A stretch of DNA of 64,000 bases from Candidatus Aldehydirespiratoraceae bacterium (GCA_965208435.1 OZ242337.1:960998-1024997), one strand, 5' to 3'. Shown: positions 46,127 through 56,040, numbered from the stretch's first letter. Notes: generated by a model not told the origin, from the sequence alone. Translations and numbers: made by a program.

Positions 46127-47326
46127 ATGAGCCGCCCAGACAGTGCCCATCAAAACCGCGCCGATCAGAACAGGGCCGATCAAGAGATCGCCGATGAGCT
46201 CGTCTCGGTGGTCGCCACTTGGGTCGATCGTGAAGTGGTCCCCCGCGCGAGCGAACTCGAACACGCAGATGAGTTTCCCCAGGAGATGTTCGACCAGATG
46301 TGCGAGTTCGGCCTCTTCGGAGCGACGATTCCCACCGAATACGGAGGTCTCGGGCTCAGCGCCAAAACCTACGCCCGCCTTATAGAAGAACTCAGCCGGG
46401 GCTGGATGAGCCTCTCGGGAATCCTCAACACCCACAAGATCGCCTGCGTCATGATCGGACGGTACGGGACCGACGAACAGCGCTCGAAGCACCTCCCGAG
46501 AATGGTCGACGGCCACTGTCGGGCTGCCTTCTCCCTCTCGGAGCCCGACAGCGGCAGCGATGCGGGCGCGCTCCGTTGCAAGGCCACGAAGGACGGCGAC
46601 GAATGGATCATCAACGGCACCAAGATGTGGGTGACCAACGGCGAGCGGGCATCGCTGGTGATGCTGCTCGCCCGCACTCCCGAGGACCGAGTGACCTGCT
46701 TCATCGTCGAGAAGGAACCGGGCAGCGAATTCGAGGGGATCCGGACCTCGAAACACATACGCAAGCTCGGTTACAAGGGTCTCGAGACTGTCGAGATGAG
46801 CTATGTCGACCATCGGGTACCCGACGCCAACCTGCTCGGCGGCCCCGAAGGCTTGGGCAACGGGCTTCGCTACGCTCTGTCGGCTCTGGAGCTCGGACGG
46901 ATCAACATCGCTGCACGTTCAGTAGGGGTCGGCCGAGCCGCCTTCGACGCAGCCATGAAGTACAGCCTCCAGCGTGAGACTTTCGGGAAGCCGATCTTCG
47001 AGCACCAGGCGATCGCGTTCAAACTCGCCGAGATGGCCACGAAACTCCAGGCGGCACGGCTGATGACCTACGACGCTGCAGAGAAGTACGACTCAGGACA
47101 GCGAATAGACCTGGAGGCGGGCATGGCGAAACTGTTCGCCTCCGAGGCTGCCTTCGAGATCAGCACCGAGGCTCTGCGCATCCACGGCGGCAACGGATAC
47201 ACCCAGGAGTACGACGTCGAGAGGTACTTCCGCGACACACCGCTGATGATCATCGGCGAGGGCACCAGCGAGATCCAGAAGATGGTGATCGCCCGCAAAC
47301 TCCGCGAACGCCACGCAATCGAGTGA
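46127..47326 (+). CDS. Acyl-CoA dehydrogenase
   Basis: Has FSLSEPDSGSDA and GGNGYTQEYDVERYFRD. Confidence 0.9.
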   Translation: MSRPDSAHQNRADQNRADQEIADELVSVVATWVDREVVPRASELEHADEFPQEMFDQMCEFGLFGATIPTEYGGLGLSAKTYARLIEELSRGWMSLSGILNTHKIACVMIGRYGTDEQRSKHLPRMVDGHCRAAFSLSEPDSGSDAGALRCKATKDGDEWIINGTKMWVTNGERASLVMLLARTPEDRVTCFIVEKEPGSEFEGIRTSKHIRKLGYKGLETVEMSYVDHRVPDANLLGGPEGLGNGLRYALSALELGRINIAARSVGVGRAAFDAAMKYSLQRETFGKPIFEHQAIAFKLAEMATKLQAARLMTYDAAEKYDSGQRIDLEAGMAKLFASEAAFEISTEALRIHGGNGYTQEYDVERYFRDTPLMIIGEGTSEIQKMVIARKLRERHAIE

Positions 47327-47338
47327 CCGTCGAAACGC

Positions 47339-47698
47339 GTGCCACCGGACCCGACTATGAGCGACGTAGACACACATATCGGCTTGACGCTGAACGAATC
47401 GAGGATGCCGCGGCCGGCTGACCCGTACCGCCGCGGGGCGCCCAACGTCATCATGATGGTGCTCGACGACTGCGGTTTCGGTCAGCTCGGCTGCTACGGA
47501 TCGCTGATCGACACACCCAACATCGACCGCCTCGCCGAGCGGGGCCTGCGCTTCACCAACTTCCACACCACCGCGGTCTGCTCACCCACCCGGGCCAGTG
47601 CCTTGACAGGGCGCAATCATCATCGTGTCGGCATGGGGATGCTGCCAGACATGCCCCGGTTCAACGAACTGCTAGAAGAAATCATGCGCCACCAGTGA
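47339..47698 (+). pseudogene. Arylsulfatase N-terminal fragment (about 119 codons)
   Basis: Has VLDDCGFGQLGCYG and the formylglycine signature CSPTRASALTGRNHH. The ORF stops about 45 residues later, whereas as I recall the family usually exceeds 450 aa. Confidence 0.7.
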
Positions 47699-47750
47699 CT
47701 TGCTGGTCGGCAGATCCGCGGACGGCTGATCGTCGGAGAGGCGTTCGGCA

Positions 47751-48584
47751 GTGTTGATCGACCTCTTTGCCGCGGCGCCCGAGCGTGACGATCTGATCGT
47801 CCACCGAGACCACCGGATCTCGACCGCCGCGATCGTCGAACGGGCGCAGGGTTTGGCGGCGGCATTCAACGCCCGGGGGATCGGCCACGGCGACCACATC
47901 GCGTTTCAGATGCCCACCGGGATCGATGCGATAGCGCTGTACCGGGCGTGTTGGCGTATCGGCGCAGTCGCTGTGCCGGTGCACCCCAGAGCCGGCGCCG
48001 CCCAGATTGACGACATGATCGATCAGTCGCACCCGAGCCTGCTTGTCGGTCATCCGGACTCGGCGCTGCGTGACGTGCCGGCAGCAGTGGGCGTCGACGA
48101 TCTCACCGGGGGTGAGGCGCCCGCCGTTGAGTGCCGCGACTCAGACGATGCGCTGGCGATGTTCACGTCCGGGTCGACCGGCAGACCCAAAGGGGTGATC
48201 CACACTCACGCCGGGTTGGTCGTCAAGACCCGCCAGATCTCAGAGATACATGGGCTGACCAGCGACGACTGTGTGCTCATGCCCGCTCCGCCGGCGCATG
48301 TCTCAGGTCTGCTCCACGGAGTGTTGGTGCCCGCAGCCCTGGGCGCCAAGACGGTGCTCATGGAACAGTGGAACTCCTCAGTCGCACTGCGCCACATCGA
48401 AGCTGAACAGGTGACCTGGATGGTCGGTCCGCCGACTTTCTTCATCGATCTGATGGACGACCCGACCTTCGATCGCGAGCGGGTCGCCTCGCTGCGGCTC
48501 ATCTCCTGCGGCGGCGCCGGAGTCACGCCGGCGTTCACGCACCGGGCAGGCCAAGAACTCGGCACCGTGGTGGAACGCACCTAG
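47751..48584 (+). pseudogene. AMP-binding enzyme, nonsense-interrupted and 3'-truncated
   Basis: Has MFTSGSTGRPKGVIHTHAG. The ORF ends VVERT-TAG-DSTEAP, which is where the family has RTYGSTE. The convergent gene starts 40 nt later. Confidence 0.7.
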
Positions 48585-48624
48585 GACTCCACCGAGGCCC
48601 CGCGGCCGGTCACTCGACTGCCCG

Positions 48625-49866
48625 CTACCGGCCGGCGCGGTAGCGCTTGGAATCGTTCTCGTTGTCGGCGGCCGCAATGCGATCGGTCACGTCGGTCAAC
48701 TCGGCGCGTGCCTCGCGGCTGTAGCGCGGGTTCGGCTTGACCACGTCGCCGGGGAGGGGCGGCAACCCGAACGAGGAGTAGACCACTTTGCGGGGCCGCT
48801 CTATCGGCGGGTGTGCCCGATGCAGCGTGTCGCTGCAATGGACCGTGACATCGCCTTTGTTCGTCTCCAACATCCTCGGTTGAAGATCGAGTTTCGGGTC
48901 GCGCCCGGTGGCCATGGTGTTAGCCCGATGCGACCCGGGAATGACACCGAGGGCGCCGCTCACCCGATCAGCTCCGGTGACGCTGATCCCAGTGGTCATT
49001 CCGTTGCACATGTAGGAGTGGCGACCCTGGCCGCAGTCCTTGTGCCAGGGAAGGTCCGACAGCCCCTGCACTATCCCGAGCGGCTTGACCAGACCCTCAG
49101 CACCGCCGTTGTGTCGATGACCGTCACCGGTCAATTCGGTGAGCCACTGGTAGCGCTCATCCTCCACGATCTCTCGCAACGCGGCCGACTTCTCCAAGAA
49201 GAACAGCACCCGCACAGCCTGGTCGACCCCGTCGACGTCCTTGGCCCACCAGGACTCTCCGTCGTCGGGGGTGGCCTTGGCGATCCACTCGTCAATGTCG
49301 GCGCCGACCGTGTCCATCTCGTCTGGTTCGAAGATGCCCGTGAGGTGCAGGAACCCGGCCTCGCGCAGGAAGTGGGCCATCTCCTCCCGGTCGTCGTCAA
49401 TCTTGAAAGTCCGGTCCAGGTCGAGTTCGTCGCCGTTGAGATCCTGGAAGGTCACATCGCCGGTCTCATGTACCCTGCGCCCGTCGAGCAGGGCTCGAAA
49501 CGCCGGCTCCCAACCGATCCAGTCGTTGATGTTGCCGCTGGTCAGCTTCACCCGCGAGGTCATTGCCAAACCCATCGTCGACTGATGGTCCTGGATCAGG
49601 TCCGACAGGGCATCGGCGGGCATCTCAGCGGTCACGCCCGCGGGTTCGTCGCCTGCTTCGAGCACCAGCGTGCTGCCGTTCGCACGCATTGTGACTGCAC
49701 GGCCGTCAACCCGGAGGCTCACCGGCGGGAGTTCCTTGTAGGTCACGCCCCGCCCGGCCAGCGTGCCGTGTTCAGAGACTGCTTGGGGCAGCAGCGAATC
49801 GAACACTTCATCGCGTTCAAGGTCACGAACATCCTTCTGGAGTCGGGAGCGGCGATCAATCGACAT
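48625..49866 (-). CDS. Phytanoyl-CoA dioxygenase (PhyH) family protein with an SCP2-like N-terminal region
   Basis: Has HKDCGQG, VIPGSHR and TVHCSDTLHRA. The start was chosen at MSIDRR. Confidence 0.7.
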   Translation of the reverse strand: MSIDRRSRLQKDVRDLERDEVFDSLLPQAVSEHGTLAGRGVTYKELPPVSLRVDGRAVTMRANGSTLVLEAGDEPAGVTAEMPADALSDLIQDHQSTMGLAMTSRVKLTSGNINDWIGWEPAFRALLDGRRVHETGDVTFQDLNGDELDLDRTFKIDDDREEMAHFLREAGFLHLTGIFEPDEMDTVGADIDEWIAKATPDDGESWWAKDVDGVDQAVRVLFFLEKSAALREIVEDERYQWLTELTGDGHRHNGGAEGLVKPLGIVQGLSDLPWHKDCGQGRHSYMCNGMTTGISVTGADRVSGALGVIPGSHRANTMATGRDPKLDLQPRMLETNKGDVTVHCSDTLHRAHPPIERPRKVVYSSFGLPPLPGDVVKPNPRYSREARAELTDVTDRIAAADNENDSKRYRAGR

Positions 49867-50022
49867 GGGCAACCTTCTTCTGGCACTCATTCTCAATGAG
49901 TTGAGACTAACGACCCAATCGTGCCTCAAGTCAGCACCGAACCGCCACTCTCGCACCAGCATTGAAGAAATCTCTCGGTGGGTTGTGCGTTGAGGAGCCT
50001 CCGGATCGTGACATGATGCGGG

Positions 50023-50295
50023 ATGGCTCCCGATCCAGTCCTCGAGCGGCTCGAAACGGCCTTCTCGAAGCAGCGGGCCGGACTGTTGGAGACGAACGCC
50101 GGTCGTTGGGCGGTGTTCGTGCAGCCTCGTGACAGGCGCCGCAAACCTGAGTTCGTCGGTTGCTTCGATGACGAGCATCAAGCCTGCGAGGTTGGCTACC
50201 GCAGCACCATCGGTAGACGCTTCCTGATCAAAGAAGTAAGAGAGAATGATCGGGTCATCAGCGTCCCGTGGGCGGTGCCGGCCGATCAACCCTGA
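50023..50295 (+). CDS. Small hypothetical protein
   Basis: 90-aa ORF with GC-rich third positions that exactly fills an otherwise empty gap. Confidence 0.3.
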   Translation: MAPDPVLERLETAFSKQRAGLLETNAGRWAVFVQPRDRRRKPEFVGCFDDEHQACEVGYRSTIGRRFLIKEVRENDRVISVPWAVPADQP

Positions 50296-50305
50296 CGAGA
50301 TGGCC

Positions 50306-50590
50306 CTAGTCTTGGAGTTGGTCCTGGTCTTGGTCGTCCTGCTGTTCAGCGGGCTCGGCCGCGGCTCGACGACGGGCGCGGGAACGGAGGGGGACCGCAA
50401 CGAAGCGCGCTGCACCGATGGCGATCAGGGCGACCCCGGCCAGCACGACGGGATCGACGTCTACCAACGACTCACCGGCCAACCCAATGGCTCCCGCCGC
50501 TGCGAATACCAGCGCGGCCACCAGCGACACCACGTCGACCGACGCCAACTTGGGTTGTCCGGAACTCTCAACTGTTGATTCTTCGTCCAT
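50306..50590 (-). CDS. Small membrane protein downstream of the PspC-domain gene
   Basis: Two TM segments. It lies 11 nt after the upstream stop on the same strand. Confidence 0.5.
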   Translation of the reverse strand: MDEESTVESSGQPKLASVDVVSLVAALVFAAAGAIGLAGESLVDVDPVVLAGVALIAIGAARFVAVPLRSRARRRAAAEPAEQQDDQDQDQLQD

Positions 50591-50601
50591 GATCTCGCTC
50601 C

Positions 50602-52326
50602 TTAACGCTGCTGTGTCGGGTAACGCACCACTCGGACCTGCCCCACACCGACCTCAACATTGAGTTCAATGTCGTGTTCGCGGTGGGTGTTGTGCTCGGC
50701 TTCCAGTCCGACACCCTTCTCGAACTGGTCATAGTCGATCAGGCCCCCCATGCCGTAGCCCTCGTACCGACCGGCTCCGCACAGCGCCCTCTCTGTTCTG
50801 AAGTCCGGTATCTGCTCGTCGACCCTGTAGACGTATTGAGCATTGACGCAGTACAACTGCTCGTCCTCGATTCTCGGAACCATCACCTGTCTGACGGTCA
50901 CGTATTCGCCGCCACGCATCGTGCCTGCACCGATATTCGCGTTGGTCATGACCCTCAGATCTGCTGGGATTCTGATCGTGACTTCACCCACGGTGAGATG
51001 AACGCCGTGTTCGATCGGCGCTCGTACGGTCGACCGCAGTGAGTCGCGGTCGAGCGACCTCAGGTCCACCACCAGGCTGCCGATCCCGTGTTTGACCTCA
51101 CTATCCAATGAACTGACGTCTTCAGGCACGGTCTCGACGTCGCCGAACCCCGACCACCACGATGTGTCGCTGCCTGAGAACACTACCAATGGGGGGAGCA
51201 GCAACACACCGAGCGCCATGAGCGCCCAGTTCCTGCCGACGAAGACCGACACCAACAGACCAGCAGCGACAACCAGCAGGGCCACCGCGAAGAACTCGCC
51301 GAGGAGCACCCGCTCCATGTCGAGCCGATCCAACAGGATCGCGCCGCCCGTCAGCACGAGCAGAGCTGCGAGGGTCAGGAAGGTGACCGTCGACTGACCA
51401 CGACGTTGGGAGCGGCGCTCGGCTCTGCGGTCACGCCGGCTCGCCTTGGGTTCGGGCGGTTCGGGCGGTTGGTCCCCCAGATTCGCCCCCGGCCACTCCG
51501 AGCCTGCCGCCGAGGGAGGGGGCGGCACCACATTTTCAGTGGGTGCCGCGAGCGGCTCGGCCGGAGTGTCCAGGGGGGGCGCCAACCGGCGGGGCCAGAA
51601 GACCAGCCCGATTCCGGCGACAATCAGCGCAAGCGCCAGATACGGCGCCGTGCGTGACACTGTCGTGAACAATTCGAAGACGTTGCGACTCAAGATCGCG
51701 GTGATGAACATTCCCACCGCTATCAAGACGATGCCCGCGAGGTTTCGGAACCGGCGGGGCGCACCGCTGCGCAGAGCGTTGGCGAGGATGCTGCCCGAAT
51801 CGCCGAGCGGCACGATCAGCCAGCTCACCAGATAGAGGAACGGTCCGACTCCGGCGAAGAGGGTCAGAACGATGAAGCCGACGCGGACGATCACCGGGTC
51901 TACACGGAAGAAGTCTCCGAGTCCACCCGCAATACCGGCAACCAATCGATCATCTTTGCTGCGGCGCAAAGCAGGCCAACGAAACTCGCGCTTTTCTCTG
52001 GTTTGTTCGTCGGCAGCCTCCTCGGGCTCAGCCTCGTCCCGCGGCGTATCCTCTGAGTCCTCCTCGGGCTCAATGTCCTCCACCTCGTTGTCTTCTGTCG
52101 GCTCGCCCTCGGGCGCGTCCGCCTCAGTTGCCGCTTCAGCTTCGTGTGCTCCTGTCACAGCCTCGGGCGCATCTGCCACAGTTGCCGCTTCAGCTTCGTG
52201 TGCTCCTGTCACAGCCTCGGGCGCATCTGCCACAGCTGCCGCTTCAGCTTCGTGTGCTCCTGCCTCGGTCTCCGCTGCGTCGTCGGAGGGGGACTCCTCT
52301 GAGTCGGCGGGAGGGTCTTTTGCCAT
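50602..52326 (-). CDS. PspC domain-containing membrane protein with an acidic repeat N-terminus
   Basis: The PspC domain is LVAGIAGGLGDFFRVDPVIVRVGFIVLTLF, with multiple TM segments. The start was chosen at MAKDPP. Confidence 0.85.
   Translation of the reverse strand: MAKDPPADSEESPSDDAAETEAGAHEAEAAAVADAPEAVTGAHEAEAATVADAPEAVTGAHEAEAATEADAPEGEPTEDNEVEDIEPEEDSEDTPRDEAEPEEAADEQTREKREFRWPALRRSKDDRLVAGIAGGLGDFFRVDPVIVRVGFIVLTLFAGVGPFLYLVSWLIVPLGDSGSILANALRSGAPRRFRNLAGIVLIAVGMFITAILSRNVFELFTTVSRTAPYLALALIVAGIGLVFWPRRLAPPLDTPAEPLAAPTENVVPPPPSAAGSEWPGANLGDQPPEPPEPKASRRDRRAERRSQRRGQSTVTFLTLAALLVLTGGAILLDRLDMERVLLGEFFAVALLVVAAGLLVSVFVGRNWALMALGVLLLPPLVVFSGSDTSWWSGFGDVETVPEDVSSLDSEVKHGIGSLVVDLRSLDRDSLRSTVRAPIEHGVHLTVGEVTIRIPADLRVMTNANIGAGTMRGGEYVTVRQVMVPRIEDEQLYCVNAQYVYRVDEQIPDFRTERALCGAGRYEGYGMGGLIDYDQFEKGVGLEAEHNTHREHDIELNVEVGVGQVRVVRYPTQQR
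52127..52268 (-). repeat. 54-bp coding tandem repeat (2 units plus 1 partial)
   Basis: Units at 52127-52180 and 52181-52234 encode the VADAPEAVTGAHEAEAAT-type acidic repeat. Confidence 0.85.
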
Positions 52327-52454
52327 GGGACCATTGTGAAGCAGTCTGATGTCTCCACAAATGGGGGATGACCCTGAACTTTCCCTGAGTCGACCCGAGA
52401 ATTCAGGGTTGTCCCCCATGTGCATGGTGGACGCTTCGTGCCATCATCAAGACC

Positions 52455-53624
52455 ATGAACCGGTACACACGGACCCTGCCTGCACGGTCTGACCGTGACC
52501 GGATCATTGCAGGCGTGTGCGGAGGTATCAGCGAGCGTCTCGGCATAGACGTGACGATCGTCCGGGTGGCTTTCGTCGTTCTAACGCTTGCGTGGGTCGG
52601 AATTCCCATCTATCTGCTGGCTTGGATCGTTTTGCCGCGGGCTGCCCCGGGCGGGCCTCCGGCAGCGGCCGTGCCCGCGTCGACTGTGACGAGGCGCGCT
52701 CTGGGGTTGGTGTTGGCTGTGTTGGGCACGGTGTTGTTGGCGCGCCACCTGCGGGTCACATTGCCCGACGCCTATATCTGGCCCGCCCTCTGCGCTGCTC
52801 TCGGGGTCGGCGTGGTGGTGTGGAGGGTTCAACCGATTGCGACGGTCGGCAGGGCGTTCGCCGTTCGGATGGCCGGCGGGACGATCCTGGTCGCCTTCGG
52901 GATCGGCGTTCTGGTAGCGGCCAACCTTTCGCTGGGGGTGGTGCTCGACGGGCTGTTGTCGACGGTGTTGGTCGTGGGAGGACTGGCCTTGATCCTCGGG
53001 CCCTGGGTGGCGGTGTTGGTGCGCGACCGACGCGCAGAGCGCCAGCAGCGGATCCGCGCCGACGCGCGCGCCGAAGTAGCTGCACACCTGCATGACTCGG
53101 TCCTGCAGACTCTGGCTCTGGTCCAGCGTTCAGACGATCCGGTCCACATGTCGGCCCTGGCGCGGCGCCAGGAACGGGAGCTGCGGGGCTGGCTCTACGG
53201 CGAGAAGTTCGGCGAGAAGTACGGTCCCGGCCCGCAGCAGGCCACGCTGAAGGTCGCGGTGGAACATCTCGCCGGTGTTGTCGAAGATCGTCACGGGTCG
53301 ATGATTGATGTGGTTGTCGTCGGTGACGCCAGGCTCGACGCGGCGACGGAGTCTCTGGTGGCTGCGACAGGTGAGGCCATGACCAACGCCGCGCGATGGT
53401 CCGGCCGGTCCGACATCGGCGTCTATGTCGAGGCGACCGACGACCAGGTGGAGGTCTTCGTCCGCGACCGTGGCGTCGGTTTCGACCCGGAGACTGTCGG
53501 CGACGACCGCCACGGAATCCGCGACTCGATCCGGGGCAGACTGCAGCGAGTCGGCGGAGACTGCGAGATCATCAGCTCCCCGGGCCAGGGCACCGAAGTC
53601 CGCCTCTGCCTGTCGCGCGCCTGA
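52455..53624 (+). CDS. PspC-domain sensor histidine kinase (LiaS/NarL-partner type)
   Basis: The PspC domain is IIAGVCGGISERLGIDVTIVRVAFVVLTL. The H-box is AHLHDSVLQTL, and the ATPase boxes are EAMTNAARW, DRGVGF and GQGTEV. Confidence 0.85.
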   Translation: MNRYTRTLPARSDRDRIIAGVCGGISERLGIDVTIVRVAFVVLTLAWVGIPIYLLAWIVLPRAAPGGPPAAAVPASTVTRRALGLVLAVLGTVLLARHLRVTLPDAYIWPALCAALGVGVVVWRVQPIATVGRAFAVRMAGGTILVAFGIGVLVAANLSLGVVLDGLLSTVLVVGGLALILGPWVAVLVRDRRAERQQRIRADARAEVAAHLHDSVLQTLALVQRSDDPVHMSALARRQERELRGWLYGEKFGEKYGPGPQQATLKVAVEHLAGVVEDRHGSMIDVVVVGDARLDAATESLVAATGEAMTNAARWSGRSDIGVYVEATDDQVEVFVRDRGVGFDPETVGDDRHGIRDSIRGRLQRVGGDCEIISSPGQGTEVRLCLSRA

Positions 53625-53761
53625 CTCGCTGTCGCGCGCCTGACTCACAGCCCCGGCCCAGTACCCGACAGTCCCCTCGACTGAGCGACCGAGCGCAGCT
53701 TTGGTGGTCGGGTACCGCTGGGGTACGTTTGGATGCCGAGGCCCGACCTCAAGGGGGAGAC

Positions 53762-54585
53762 TTGCGAATCGAACCGCTCAACGACACGATCGGGGCATCG
53801 GTCAGCGACATTTCGCCCGATGATCTGACTGAGGCCGAGGTCGCCGGAGTTCTTCTGGACGCACTGGAGCGGTTCGGCGTGCTGGCGTTCAGGGGCCTGT
53901 TCATCTCCGACGAGCAGCAGGTCGCTTTCAGCCGACATCTCGGCGAGGTTGAGATCCTGCCCGTTCCGGGGCTCGAACATCGGGAGATCTTCACGGTCTC
54001 CCTCGACCCCGGCAAGGCTCTCAGCGCCGAGTACCTCAAAGGCACGTTCCACTGGCACATCGACGGAGCCACCGACGACATTCCCAACAAAGCCACCATG
54101 CTCAACGCACTTGAAGTGTCGGCCACCGGCGGCGAGACCCAGTTCTGCAACACCTACGCAGCCTGGGAGGCACTGCCTGAGGATCAGAAGATCCGCTGTG
54201 CGGACTTGAGGGTGCTCCACAGCTTCGCGACCGCGCAACGGCGCGTCTACCCCGATCCCAGCGAAGACCAGGTCGAGTTCTGGAGCAGCGACCAGCCAAG
54301 GTTCAACCACTGGCCTGGACTCACCGCTCCGGCCGTACCTCGCTGGTGCTCGGCGCTACCGCCTCACATGTGATCGACATGGACCCCGATGAGAGCACCG
54401 AGCTCATGGAACACCTCGAGGACTGGACCACAGATGAGCGCTTCCGCTACCAGCACAGCTGGGAGACCGGCGACCTGGTGCTGTGGGACAATCGGGGCAC
54501 GATGCACCGGGCGCTCCCCTACGCCGCAGACTCCGGACGGCTCATGCACCGCACCACCATCGTGGGCGACGAGCCGTTCGCCTGA
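53762..54585 (+). pseudogene. TauD/TfdA family dioxygenase, frameshifted
   Basis: The N-terminal frame has FHWHIDG. The C-terminal frame, shifted near 54296-54305, has PLAWTHRSGRTSLVLGATASHV and LWDNRGTMHRA. Confidence 0.75.
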
Positions 54586-54616
54586 TGGCCACTCCCAGCA
54601 GACGCGAGCAGGCACG

Positions 54617-55099
54617 ATGACCGATCCCTCCAGCCTCGACCGCCCCTCCAGCCTCGACGGTCCCTCCACTCTCGACGGCCCCTTCAGTCTCGAAGGCAGA
54701 GTGGTGTTGATAACCGGGGCGAGCCGAGGCGTCGGCGCGGCAACCGCGCTGGCAGCCGCAGCCCGGGGCGCCCGGGTGGCCTGCGTGGCCCGTTCAACGG
54801 ACGCGGCACCCAAACGGATTCCCGGCACGATCGACCAGACGGTCGCCGCCATCACCGAAACCGGGGGCGAGGCGCTGGCCATTCCGGCCGATCTCACCTC
54901 GCCGGACGACATCGCCCGGATGGTCTCGGTGACAGTCGAACACTGGGGTCGCCTCGATGTGCTCGTCAACAACGCCGCGGTCACCTTCGTCGGCGACGTC
55001 GACATCGAATTGAAGCGCCACGATCTGGTCATGGCCATCAACGTTCAGGCACCGCTGCTCTGCGTGCGGGCCGCGCTGCCGCACATGCGCGCGGCAGGC
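54617..55099 (+). pseudogene. SDR N-terminal fragment
   Basis: VVLITGASRGVGAA ... VNNAAV is present. Similarity is lost after HMRAAGRGRIA, before the catalytic Ser/YxxxK. Confidence 0.65.
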
Positions 55100-55307
55100 C
55101 GCGGCCGAATCGCTCGACCGCACCCTGCCCAACTCGTGGCAGAACGGCGGCACCAGACTGATCATCGGCTACGACACCGGTTTCCCGGTATGCGACGACT
55201 ACGAGCCTCCCTTCCCCTGGAACGGGACGATCAGCTACGTTTCCGTTCCCGACGCCCGCCCCGCCGACCCCGCCCAGATCGCTCGAGAGTCCCTCAACGC
55301 CGACTGA
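55100..55307 (+). pseudogene. Arylsulfatase C-terminal fragment
   Basis: The +1 frame reads LIIGYDTGFPVCDDYEPPFPWNGTISYVSV, the conserved sulfatase C-terminal pattern, and ends in TGA at 55305-55307. Confidence 0.55.
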
Positions 55308-55309
55308 GC

Positions 55310-55492
55310 GACACGGTCCTCGAGCCCGGCATGGTCGTCTCAATGGAACCGATGATCATGATCCCCGAGGGCCAGCCCGGCGCCGGCGGCTACCGCGAGC
55401 ACGACATCCTCGTCATCAACCAAGACGGCTCCGTCGACAACATCACCGCTTTCCCCTACGGCCCCGACCACAACATCGTCCCCTCGACCTGA
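55310..55492 (+). pseudogene. M24 peptidase (Xaa-Pro aminopeptidase/creatinase) C-terminal fragment
   Basis: LEPGMVVSMEPMIMIP...YREHDILVINQDGSVDNITAFP matches the M24 C-terminus. No N-terminal part lies upstream. Confidence 0.55.
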
Positions 55493-55789
55493 TTGGCTGC
55501 GGCCCGTCAACCTCCACTACCCGGGAGCACCGGGATGTCCAGAGGGTTTGATGCACCAGAACGCGCAAAGACCCGGCCCCTCTCCGTCCGGAGAAGTACC
55601 GGGCCTCACTTCCCAAAGCTAGTGCTCTAGACCCCTGAATTCTGCCGCCACAGCACAAAATGTCAACTGCAATAACGGAATCGCTCCCCTACGCCACCCA
55701 GTGGTACCTGCTCCATGTCGCTCGAAACGCTACACAACGGAATCCGTTTGGATGCCGAGTACTGAAGCAGCCCTTTTCGTGATATATCT

Positions 55790-56035
55790 TTGATGGTAAT
55801 GTTATTTAATGATAACCCAATATCCATCACTGAGACTGCCCACCGCCATGGGGTGGCAGCTGAGGATATGCTCCATGCATGTCGGAACGCGATCATTGTG
55901 CACCAGGAGGACGATCTCTTGATGTACGTGGGCGCCGACCGAAGTGGGACGCCCCTAGAGGTGGGGGTTATTGCTGACGGCAAGCGTTTCAAGATCATTC
56001 ACGCAATGCCCGCAAGGGCAAAATACTTGAGGTAG
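55790..56035 (+). CDS. Small toxin-like protein (BrnT/DUF497-like, tentative)
   Basis: 81 aa in AT-rich DNA. The C-terminal FKIIHAMPARAKY resembles the IRIISARKA end of BrnT-type toxins. A second small ORF follows after a 5-nt gap. Confidence 0.4.
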   Translation: MMVMLFNDNPISITETAHRHGVAAEDMLHACRNAIIVHQEDDLLMYVGADRSGTPLEVGVIADGKRFKIIHAMPARAKYLR

Positions 56036-56040
56036 GAGAA

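Noticed and set aside
55663-55998. 111-aa minus-strand ORF in the AT-rich patch
   Set aside because: It overlaps the plus-strand small ORF pair, which has tighter gene coupling and a weak family resemblance. The minus-strand ORF has no motif.
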